Positions 52,890-61,190 of a stretch of 64,000 nt of DNA are shown one piece after another. Source of the DNA: Gemmatimonadota bacterium (GTDB lineage: Bacteria; Gemmatimonadota; Gemmatimonadetes; Gemmatimonadales; GWC2-71-9); assembly GCA_003169895.1 (NCBI GenBank), contig PNAE01000007.1, positions 1,004,314-1,068,313 of the forward strand, written 5' to 3'. The position numbers and the translations under genes were made by a program. Numbering within the stretch: position 1 is the first letter of the stretch; the number at the start of each line of letters is the position of its first letter. The notes beneath the pieces are model-generated. The model was given only the letters and a program-made list of their open reading frames with translations, had not been told where the DNA came from and did not search any database.

Positions 52890-53507
52890 TTGCCGGCGTA
52901 CGCTCGCTCGGTTTTCCTCAACGTTCCATTTGACGCTCGCTATCGAAAGCTCCTCAACGCGCTGATCTTCGGCGTACAGGACTGCGGTCTTGTTGCTCGC
53001 TGTGCACTGGAAACGGATGACGGCGGCGAAGTGAGGATCGACAAGCTCTACCGCATCATCGAGAAGTGCCGGCTCGGCATCCACGATCTTTCGCGCACGA
53101 CTCTCGACCGCAAGAACCGCCTTCCTCGTTTCAACATGCCGTTCGAGTTGGGCCTCTTTCTCGGCGCAAAGCGCTACGGCGAAGGAAGCCAGAAGCGGAA
53201 GTCCTGCCTGATTCTTGACCGCGAACGCTACCGGGTCCAGGCCTTCTGTTCAGACATCGCCGGACAGGACATCCGTGCGCACAATAACGACGTAGCCGAT
53301 GCGCTCGCGGCAGTGCGCACATGGTTGCAGGCTGCGCTCCCCGGGAGTCCGTCACTTCCTGGATCAAGCGGATTGTTCAACCGCTACCTCGATTTCGTTC
53401 AACAACTGCCGTTCATGTGCCGCACAAACAAATTGACATCTCACGCACTGACATTCCTGGATTTTCGGGAATTGGTCGACGCCTGGATTCTCGAGAATCC
53501 GCGATAG
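52890..53507 (+). CDS. Orphan protein with a TIR-like / nucleoside-2-deoxyribosyltransferase-like (flavodoxin-fold) N-terminal pattern
   Basis: 205 aa. The pattern SVFLNVPFD..Y..L..........G......LE.DDGG.VRIDKLYRIIEKCRLGIHDLS........RFNMPFELGLFLG resembles the strand-helix layout and conserved Glu of TIR/NDT-type domains. This was assigned by eye only. Local GC is visibly lower. Confidence 0.55.
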   Translation: MPAYARSVFLNVPFDARYRKLLNALIFGVQDCGLVARCALETDDGGEVRIDKLYRIIEKCRLGIHDLSRTTLDRKNRLPRFNMPFELGLFLGAKRYGEGSQKRKSCLILDRERYRVQAFCSDIAGQDIRAHNNDVADALAAVRTWLQAALPGSPSLPGSSGLFNRYLDFVQQLPFMCRTNKLTSHALTFLDFRELVDAWILENPR

Positions 53508-53641
53508 CGAACAAGGCGGAGCTGGGCAACGGAGGTTCTGCGACTCAGGTCCGCCGCTAACCCTCCGGACAGACTTCTCCCTTCTTAGTCGACGGTGTAT
53601 CCTCCACCTGCCATTCTGGCCGATCCCCAACCGGGTGGAGC

Positions 53642-54544
53642 ATGGGCAAGCGCGACTTTCTTTCCTTTAGTGATGTTTCGCGCGCGGAGTGCCAGGCGAT
53701 CCTCGACCTCGCTCTCCGCATGAAATCGGGCGGATACACCGACCGCCCGCTCACCGGACAGACGCTCGCTCTGATCTTCGCCAAGAGCAGCACCCGAACC
53801 CGGGTTTCCTTCGAAGTCGGTGCCCGCCAACTCGGCGCCGACGCTCTCTTTCTATCGACCAACGACATGCAGCTCGGCCGCGGCGAGCCGATCCGGGACA
53901 CGGCGCGCGTGCTGTCGCGCTATGTCAACGGCATCATGATCCGCACCTTCGCCCAGAGTGACGTCGAGGAATTGGCGCGCTTCGCCAGCATCCCGATCAT
54001 CAACGGCCTCACCGACCTGCTCCACCCCTGCCAGCTGCTGGCCGACCTGCTCACGGTGCTGGAAGAGTTCGGCTCGCTCGACCGCCGGATCGTTGCCTGG
54101 ATCGGCGATGGCAACAACATGGCGAATTCCTGGATTGAAGCGGCCGGCCTGTTCGGCTTCGAGTTGCGGCTCGCGTGTCCCGAAGGCTATGAGCCCAACC
54201 GTGACATCTTCGAGGCGAACGCCAAGCGTACCAGGCTCGTGATGACGGAGGATCCGGTCGAGGCCGTCGCCGGTGCGCACGTCGTGAACACCGATGTCTG
54301 GGCGTCGATGGGGCAGGAATCGGAGGCGGAGGCGCGGCGACAGGCGTTCATGGGATACTGCGTTGACGACCAGTTGCTGGCCGCGGCCTCGCCCGACGCC
54401 ATCGTCCTCCATTGCCTGCCGGCACATCGCGGCGAAGAGATCAGCGAAGCCGTGCTTGAAGGCCCGCGCTCACGCGTGTGGAACGAGGCCGAGAATCGCT
54501 TGCACGCGCAGAAGGCGCTGCTCGCCACGCTGATGGGTGCATGA
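53642..54544 (+). CDS. argF: Ornithine carbamoyltransferase
   Basis: Motifs SSTRTRVSFE, HPCQLLADL and HCLPAHRGEE; 300 aa. Confidence 0.92.
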   Translation: MGKRDFLSFSDVSRAECQAILDLALRMKSGGYTDRPLTGQTLALIFAKSSTRTRVSFEVGARQLGADALFLSTNDMQLGRGEPIRDTARVLSRYVNGIMIRTFAQSDVEELARFASIPIINGLTDLLHPCQLLADLLTVLEEFGSLDRRIVAWIGDGNNMANSWIEAAGLFGFELRLACPEGYEPNRDIFEANAKRTRLVMTEDPVEAVAGAHVVNTDVWASMGQESEAEARRQAFMGYCVDDQLLAAASPDAIVLHCLPAHRGEEISEAVLEGPRSRVWNEAENRLHAQKALLATLMGA

Positions 54545-55548
54545 CGCAAGCCATGCCCGATACGTCGCTGAGTCTCGCCGACGGCTATCGCGCGCTGGTC
54601 AGCGGCGCGGGGAGCTGGACCGCCAGCGGCCTGGGGCAATTCGAGGTCGCCGGTGCCGACGCGCGCGCGTTCGTCAACCGGATCGCCACCGCCGACCTGT
54701 CGGTGCTGGAGCCCGGCCGGTTCGTCCATTCACTGCTGATGCGCGACGATGCGTCCATCCTGGATCGCGTCACCATCTACCGGTTTCCGGAACGGGTGAT
54801 GCTGCTGGTCGATGGGGCGCAGCGGGAAGAGGCATGGAAACACATCGTCGCTCGAAAGCGGGGCAACGTGCGCCTGCGCGACATTTCCGCCGATATGGGC
54901 ATCGTCGCGGTACGTGGTCCGGCCACGGTCGCTCGGCTCGCACCGTTGCTTTCGCCGTGTCCCGGTGAACCAGGAGACGTCATTAACGCGCGTCTTGCCG
55001 GCATCGACGTGTTTGCAGCGCGGGCGACGCTCGACGGGCCGGATGGTATCGACCTCTACTGCCGGGTTCGCGACCTCGCGTCGCTGCAGACCACGCTGCT
55101 CAAGGCGGGCGTACTCCCGGTGACCGACGCCGATTGGCGGCTCAACCGCCTCGAGTGGGGCGTCGCCAGTGTGGGCGTCGAAATAGATCCCGGTGATACG
55201 CCGGTGGAAGCCGGACTTGAACACCTCGTCGCCGAAGGCAAGGGTGCGCCATTCCCGGGCGAAACCGCGCTGGAGTCGCGGCGCCGCACCGGGGCGATCA
55301 AACGGCTGGTCGGGTTCCACCTCACCGCTGGCACGATACCGCCGCAGGCGTCGCGAGTGAGCGTGGCCGGGATCATGGTCGATCGCGTCCGGTCGATCGG
55401 TCAGTCGCCGCGCGTCGGTGTGATCGGCATGACAGCGGTTCCGACGACCGCGGACGCTCCAGCGACACTGCTGACGGTGACGTCCGGCGATCAAACCTGG
55501 TCGGCAAAGGTCGTGCGTCGCCCATTCGTCACTCGGGCGGTGACGTGA
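54541..55548 (+). CDS. GcvT/YgfZ-family folate-binding (aminomethyltransferase-like) protein
   Basis: ..G.FEV.G.DA..F.NR..T.D.. opening and the GcvT-like domain order. ATG 54541 overlaps the argF stop (ATGA). Confidence 0.7.
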   Translation: MTQAMPDTSLSLADGYRALVSGAGSWTASGLGQFEVAGADARAFVNRIATADLSVLEPGRFVHSLLMRDDASILDRVTIYRFPERVMLLVDGAQREEAWKHIVARKRGNVRLRDISADMGIVAVRGPATVARLAPLLSPCPGEPGDVINARLAGIDVFAARATLDGPDGIDLYCRVRDLASLQTTLLKAGVLPVTDADWRLNRLEWGVASVGVEIDPGDTPVEAGLEHLVAEGKGAPFPGETALESRRRTGAIKRLVGFHLTAGTIPPQASRVSVAGIMVDRVRSIGQSPRVGVIGMTAVPTTADAPATLLTVTSGDQTWSAKVVRRPFVTRAVT

Positions 55549-56027
55549 GCGTGCGCCTCGCCATACTCACCGTCTCCGACGCATGCGCGGCCGGCACGCG
55601 CGAAGACCGCTCGGGTACTGCGATCGCCGCCTGGGCGCGCGAGCAGGGGCACGAGATCGTCGCGCACGCCACCGTGCCCGATGAAGCCCACCGCATTGCG
55701 ACGCAGTTGATCCGGTGGGCCGACGACGGCGACGTGAGCCTCGTGCTCACCACCGGCGGCACCGGCCTCGGGCCGCGCGACGTGACGCCGGAAGCCACCC
55801 GCGCGGTGATCGAGCGCGAGGCGACCGGGCTGGCGGAAGCCTTGCGCAGTGCGGGTTTGCGCCAGACACCGCGCGCTGCGCTGTCGCGCGGCGTGGCCGG
55901 AACTCGCGCCCGCACGTTGATCGTCAACCTCCCTGGTTCGACCACCGGCGTCCGCGACGGCCTGGCCACGCTTGCACCGCTGGTCGACCACATCGCGGCA
56001 CTCCTCCGCGGCGAAACGGAGCACTGA
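55545..56027 (+). CDS. mog: Molybdenum cofactor biosynthesis protein MogA/MoaB family
   Basis: ..AILTVSD......R.D.SG... and LVLTTGGTG.GPRDVTPEAT; 160 aa. Confidence 0.85.
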   Translation: MSVRLAILTVSDACAAGTREDRSGTAIAAWAREQGHEIVAHATVPDEAHRIATQLIRWADDGDVSLVLTTGGTGLGPRDVTPEATRAVIEREATGLAEALRSAGLRQTPRAALSRGVAGTRARTLIVNLPGSTTGVRDGLATLAPLVDHIAALLRGETEH

Positions 56028-56030
56028 GGG

Positions 56031-57563
56031 ATGCCGGCGCGCGTCGTCATCACGCTCGCAGATCTCGAGACCGCCGTGCCGCTCGACCGTGCCCTCGACG
56101 CGGCCGGCATCGAGTCCGCAGTGGTTGCCTCGGCCGACGAAGGCCGTGACGCAATCCGTCGGCACCATCCTTCGCTGCTGGTGTTGACCGGCGCGGTGCA
56201 CGAGCCGTCGGCGGCGCAACTCGCCACGTACGCCCGCGATCATGAAGTCGCCATTCTGGCGTTGCTCGAACCCACCGACTCCGGGCGGGCCGCATCGTTC
56301 GCCGTCACGGAAGTGCAGACCAAGCCGGTCGCGACGGATGAGCTGGTCGCCACGGCACGCCGCATGGTGGATCGCCGGGAACTGCAGCGGCGCACCGGCA
56401 TCTTTGGCGAAAGCGCGGCGATCCAGGAAGTGCTCGTCAAGATCGAGCAGATGGCGCCGGTGTCGAGCACGGTGCTGATCCAGGGCGAGTCCGGCACCGG
56501 CAAGGAATTGGTCGCGAAGGGCATTCACGATCTTTCGCCTCGGCGCGGCCGCCCGTTCATCGCGGTGAACTGTGCCGCGTTGCCCGAGACGCTGCTCGAA
56601 AGCGAGCTGTTTGGCCACGAGAAGGGCGCCTTTACCGGGGCGGCCGAGCGTCGTCTGGGCCGGTTCGAACTGGCCGACACGGGAACGATCTTTCTCGACG
56701 AGATCGGCGAGATTCCGTCGTCGGTGCAGGTGAAGTTGCTGCGGGTGCTCGAGACGCGGTCGTTCTTCCGCGTCGGCGGCGTGCAGCCGATCAAGGTCGA
56801 CGTGCGAGTGGTCGCCGCGACCAACCGCGCGCTCAAGGATCGCGTCGCGGTGGGCGAGTTCCGCGACGACCTGTTCTACCGCCTCAACGTGCTCTCGATC
56901 TATCTCCCGCCGTTACGCCAGCGCCGTGAGGACATTCCGCTGCTGGTCAAGCGTTTCGTGCGCGAGTTCGCCGCCCAGCATGAACGCACGTTCCCGGGCA
57001 TTTCCGCCGAGGCGATGCAGCGGCTGATGCAGGCGCCGTGGCCCGGCAATGTCCGCCAACTGCGCAACCTGATCGAATCCATGGTGGTCCTCGCGCCGCG
57101 CAACGAGATCCGGGCCAGCGACATTCCGGCCGACGTGATGGAAGGCGGCGGCACGCTCCTGCCGATGCGTATCGCGCCGCCGGAGTTCCGCGGCCGCCCG
57201 ATCGGCGGGCCGGAATTCGAGTTCATCCTGCGGTCACTGATGGAGCTGCGATCCCAGCTGGAGGCGCTGCGCCGCCGGATCGACGAGCCGCGCAACGACG
57301 TGCAGGTGATCGAAGTGAGCAATCCTGCTGCTCCGATCGCCTTGCCGGTCGCACCCCTCGGCCCGACTCCGGCCGAGGAGCTCGAGACGGTGCCGGCGCC
57401 GGTGGTCCTCTACCATTCCGGCATGACGATGGCGGAGATCGAGCGGGCCGCCATCGAGGTCGTCCTCAAGGAGTACGCCGGTAACCGGCGCAAGGCGGCG
57501 CAGGTGCTGGGGATCGGGGAACGGACGCTGTACCGGAAGTTGAAGGAGTACGGGCTAGGGTGA
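56031..57563 (+). CDS. Sigma-54-dependent transcriptional activator with a degenerate receiver-like N-terminal domain
   Basis: AAA+ motifs GESGTGKELV, ESELFGHEKGAFTGA and a C-terminal Fis-type HTH. In the N-terminal domain, ..SLLVLTG.. sits where the phospho-acceptor Asp is expected. Confidence 0.88.
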   Translation: MPARVVITLADLETAVPLDRALDAAGIESAVVASADEGRDAIRRHHPSLLVLTGAVHEPSAAQLATYARDHEVAILALLEPTDSGRAASFAVTEVQTKPVATDELVATARRMVDRRELQRRTGIFGESAAIQEVLVKIEQMAPVSSTVLIQGESGTGKELVAKGIHDLSPRRGRPFIAVNCAALPETLLESELFGHEKGAFTGAAERRLGRFELADTGTIFLDEIGEIPSSVQVKLLRVLETRSFFRVGGVQPIKVDVRVVAATNRALKDRVAVGEFRDDLFYRLNVLSIYLPPLRQRREDIPLLVKRFVREFAAQHERTFPGISAEAMQRLMQAPWPGNVRQLRNLIESMVVLAPRNEIRASDIPADVMEGGGTLLPMRIAPPEFRGRPIGGPEFEFILRSLMELRSQLEALRRRIDEPRNDVQVIEVSNPAAPIALPVAPLGPTPAEELETVPAPVVLYHSGMTMAEIERAAIEVVLKEYAGNRRKAAQVLGIGERTLYRKLKEYGLG

Positions 57564-57590
57564 CGATAGACCTCCCGACGGGCTCAGGCC

Positions 57591-59669
57591 TCAGGGTCCC
57601 CGCCCGACCCACACGTTGTTCGCCCGGTCGACATCAGGATACAATTGGTCCGGATCGATCTCGACGCGCGACACGCCCGCACCCCGGGCGACCACCGCCG
57701 TCAGTTGGCGGCGGCCGGTCAGCCAGCCGTCGACTGGCAGAGTCATGCGCTCGACCTTCCCGCCCGTGCGCGTGACGGCGAGAATCACCGGCATGGGGGC
57801 GAGTCCCCGGTCGACGATCGTGATCGCAACCGAATCGCCGGTCACCGCCACCGAGCCGATCGCCTGGTCGAGTGGCCACGCCTGATAGAACCAGCTGCTC
57901 CAGAACCACGACAGGTCGCGGCCGGACACCTGTGCTACGGTGTTGAAGAAGTCGTATGGCATCGGGTGCCTGTCGATCCAGCGCTTGCCGTACGTGACCA
58001 GCGCCTGGTGCAGGGTATCGGGCCCGAGCATCGCGCTGAGTGCCGCCAGCACCTGCGCCGTCTTGTCGTAGTAGATCACCAGGTAGAGGTCTTCCGGAAA
58101 CTCGTCGCCGTGCAGCATGAGCGGCGCATCATGGCCGGCGCTCGCGGCGGCAAGGTACAGCGCACGCTGACCATGCTCGGAATCGTTGCGCCGGCCACCG
58201 GTCCGATTCTCGCCGTAGAGCGCCCGCATTCCCTGGGCAACGTCGAACTGGGTGAAGCCTTCGTCCATCCACGGGTAGCGCGTTTCGTTCGAACCGACCT
58301 GCATCGGGAACCACATGTGTCCGGTTTCGTGCATGAGGTCGCCGGCGAGCGATAGCGTGTCGGCCCACGGCTGCATCAGGGTCATCATCGGGTATTCCAT
58401 GCCACCACTGTCGAGCACGCCTTCCATGGATGTCATCGCCGGATAGGGATACTCCCAGAGCCAGGTCGACATCTGCGAAATTGCGTCCCGGGTGAACCGG
58501 GCGCCGCCGATTCGCCACGCGGCCGCCGCGGCCGTGAGCCGGAAGCACGAGTTGATGTCGACGGTGTCGGCGGCCGCGCCGCCGGAATCGACTAGGGCGC
58601 GCGTGGCGTCCCAGGCATATTTGTCGCTGGTGCCCCAGGCGAAGTCGCGGACGTCGTGCGCGGTGAAGTGCCACATCGCGGTGTTACCGCCCGGAGCAAA
58701 CGCCGCGGCCGCGGCATCGCCCGGTGTGACGATACGCACCACGCGTCCCGTCCGCCGTGCGGTGGCAAGGCTGTCGCGGCCGCTCTGCGAGAGCACCGCC
58801 GACGCGTTCTGCAGCGTGCCGGTGGCGCCCACCACCCACCGCCTCGGCACGGTGATTTCGACGTCGTAGTCGGCAGGGTCCATGTAGAACTCCGCCTCGA
58901 GCAGGTACGGATCGGTGACCCAGCCGTCGACGTCGTCATAGACGGCGATCTCCGGATACCAGTATCCCATGAAGTAGACGTTGCCCTCGCGTCCCTGGCG
59001 ACCGTCGGCCGGTGACGGGGGCGGCGTATACGACCATTGCACCGCCAGCGAGAGCGAGTGGCCGGGAGCCAGCGGCGCGATCAGCTGGATCGTCATCACC
59101 GTACCGTCCACCGCGTACTGCCCGGGCTCTGGCCGGCGATTCGGCGCGGCGGTGATCGGCATCGCCGCATTGCGGTCGGTGACGGCCGCGACAGCGCGTC
59201 CGTCGATCGCCACGGCACCGAGTGTGATGCCGCCGGTGATCGGAACCGGCTGACGGCGCGGGACGCCGGGCGCGAAGGCGTTCTGCCGCAGGTAGACGGC
59301 GATGCTGCGAAGGGTATCGGGCGACTGGTTGCGGTACGCCGCGGTCTCGCTGCCGGTGACGCGATGGACACTGGGGTCGAGCGACACACGAATGCGGTAT
59401 TGCGGATGCTGGACCCAGTATCCGGGCCCGGGTTCACCGGTGCGCGTCCGGGTGCCGCGAGCCACGGCGCGCGAATACTCCGCCGACTCGAACACGGGAC
59501 CCGGAACCGGTCGCGGCGCGAGCTGCGTCGCCGCCGGGTCGACGGCCGGAGCGGGGCGAGTCTGGGCGCCGAGTGGCGCGTGGAGCAGCAGTGCCAGGGC
59601 AGCGGCTGCGCGCAGGTCCCGCGAAACGACGCGACGCGTCACGAAGCGATTCCTCGGGCTATGGACCAC
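57591..59669 (-). CDS. M1-family zinc metallopeptidase, secreted
   Basis: HETGH-x18-E (HETGHMWFPMQVGSNETRYPWMDEGFTQF), a signal-like N-terminus, 692 aa. Confidence 0.9.
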   Translation of the reverse strand: MVHSPRNRFVTRRVVSRDLRAAAALALLLHAPLGAQTRPAPAVDPAATQLAPRPVPGPVFESAEYSRAVARGTRTRTGEPGPGYWVQHPQYRIRVSLDPSVHRVTGSETAAYRNQSPDTLRSIAVYLRQNAFAPGVPRRQPVPITGGITLGAVAIDGRAVAAVTDRNAAMPITAAPNRRPEPGQYAVDGTVMTIQLIAPLAPGHSLSLAVQWSYTPPPSPADGRQGREGNVYFMGYWYPEIAVYDDVDGWVTDPYLLEAEFYMDPADYDVEITVPRRWVVGATGTLQNASAVLSQSGRDSLATARRTGRVVRIVTPGDAAAAAFAPGGNTAMWHFTAHDVRDFAWGTSDKYAWDATRALVDSGGAAADTVDINSCFRLTAAAAAWRIGGARFTRDAISQMSTWLWEYPYPAMTSMEGVLDSGGMEYPMMTLMQPWADTLSLAGDLMHETGHMWFPMQVGSNETRYPWMDEGFTQFDVAQGMRALYGENRTGGRRNDSEHGQRALYLAAASAGHDAPLMLHGDEFPEDLYLVIYYDKTAQVLAALSAMLGPDTLHQALVTYGKRWIDRHPMPYDFFNTVAQVSGRDLSWFWSSWFYQAWPLDQAIGSVAVTGDSVAITIVDRGLAPMPVILAVTRTGGKVERMTLPVDGWLTGRRQLTAVVARGAGVSRVEIDPDQLYPDVDRANNVWVGRGP

Positions 59670-61046
59670 CAGAACGTAATCGGGTGCGAAATCGAAACCC
59701 CGGCATCGTCGTCATCTCCCGCATCTTGCACCCGCCGGGTGTTCTCGCTGGCGCTCGCGATCGGCACCGGCATCGCGTTCGGGATCGTGCCGGCACTCGA
59801 TGCCGCCCGGAGCGATCTCAATGCGTCACTCCGGGAGGGCGGACGCGGAGCCAGCGGTGGCCGGGGCGGCATGCGCACCCGCCGGACGCTTGTGGTCACT
59901 CAGATCAGTCTCGCCGTGATGCTCCTCATCGGGGCAGGCCTGCTGCTGCGGAGTTTCGCGGAACTCACCCGGGTACGACTTGGTTTCGATCCGTCACACG
60001 TGCTCACGGCGCAGCTGCGTGCCGCCGGCGACGTGTACGACTCGGCCGCCGCCGTCAACCGGCTCTTCGACGGCGTGCTCGATGGCATCCGCGGCACCCC
60101 GGGAATCCTGACCGTCGGCGGTGCGACGCTGCTGCCGACGCAGGGCCGGGTCGGGACATCGGCCCGAGTGGAAGGGGAGCCGGTCGATGAAGCGAATCTC
60201 CCCGACCTGGGATACGTCGCGGTGCGCGGCGACTACTTCCAGGCGATGAAGATTCCGCTCAAGGCGGGGCGCAACTATACCGTGTCGGACGCTGTCGGCG
60301 CGCCGAAGGTCGCGATCCTCAACGAGACGGGGGCGCGGCTGCTCTTTCCCCACGGCGACGCGATCGGACACCGGATCCGGATCGGGCCGAATCCCAACAG
60401 CGAACCGATGCAGATCATCGGCATCGTCGGCGACGTTCGCGACGAACGCCTGGATATTCCGACCGGAGCGATGCTCTATGCCAATCACCGGCAGGAGGCG
60501 TGGGACCAGACGCTCAACATCGTGGTCCGGACGTCGGGGGCGCCGGAGACTGCGATCACGGCGCTCCGCCGGTCGCTGCGCGCCGCCGACCCGTCGCTCG
60601 CGCTGCGCGACATCCAGACCATGGAACAGGTGGTGGGTTCCAGCCTTGCGTCACGCCGATTCGCGCTGGGATTGATCTGGTGTTTCGCCGCGATCGCGCT
60701 GCTCCTCGCGGCGGTTGGCATCCATGGCGTGCTCGCATACACGGTGACCAGCCGCACCCGCGAGTTCGGCGTGCGGCTGGCTCTCGGCGCCACCACGGGA
60801 AGCGTGCTGCGGCTGGTGCTGCGCCAGGGCATCACCTGGTCGCTGGCGGGGCTGGCAGTCGGCATCGCCGGAGCGATTGCCGGCGGCCGGCTGCTGGCGG
60901 GCTCGCTGTACCGGGTGAGCGTGATCGATGGCGCCACGTACGGCGCCGTTGCGGCGGGCCTCCTGCTGATCGTCGTGGCTGCGTGCCTGATACCGGGGGC
61001 ACGGGCCACGCGCGTCGATCCGGCCGCGAGCATGCGCGCGGAGTAG
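59661..61046 (+). CDS. FtsX-like ABC transporter permease, C-terminal half only (5'-truncated relative to the duplicated ADOP/MacB-like family)
   Basis: Recognisable similarity begins at ..VFSLALAIGTGIAFGIVPALDAARSDLNASLREGGRG..RRTLVVTQISLAVMLLIGAGLL.RSF (GTG 59739). This is the mid-protein TM4-linker-TM5 segment of the family. The second periplasmic and FtsX domains follow, ending ..ARATRVDPAASMRAE. No coding space remains for the N-terminal half. Confidence 0.7.
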   Translation: MDHQNVIGCEIETPASSSSPASCTRRVFSLALAIGTGIAFGIVPALDAARSDLNASLREGGRGASGGRGGMRTRRTLVVTQISLAVMLLIGAGLLLRSFAELTRVRLGFDPSHVLTAQLRAAGDVYDSAAAVNRLFDGVLDGIRGTPGILTVGGATLLPTQGRVGTSARVEGEPVDEANLPDLGYVAVRGDYFQAMKIPLKAGRNYTVSDAVGAPKVAILNETGARLLFPHGDAIGHRIRIGPNPNSEPMQIIGIVGDVRDERLDIPTGAMLYANHRQEAWDQTLNIVVRTSGAPETAITALRRSLRAADPSLALRDIQTMEQVVGSSLASRRFALGLIWCFAAIALLLAAVGIHGVLAYTVTSRTREFGVRLALGATTGSVLRLVLRQGITWSLAGLAVGIAGAIAGGRLLAGSLYRVSVIDGATYGAVAAGLLLIVVAACLIPGARATRVDPAASMRAE

Positions 61047-61190
61047 ACCGCCCTCGGCTCCGGGCTCTGGGCTAGCCCGTCTAAGTCTTGTTCTCACAAG
61101 CTCTTGGATCGCCCCACATATTGACACTTCTCAATTGGTTCGCCAACTTGCCAATGCGCCAATTCCGCTCACCATTACCCGAAGGCCGTA

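Noticed and set aside
61100-61190. Promoter calls upstream of the GGDEF gene (TTGACA at ~61123; TGG-N..-TTGC at ~61136-61153)
   Set aside because: No acceptable -10 box lies at 16-18 nt from the TTGACA. The sigma-54-like string has 11 rather than 10 nt between GG and GC and a poor -24 box.
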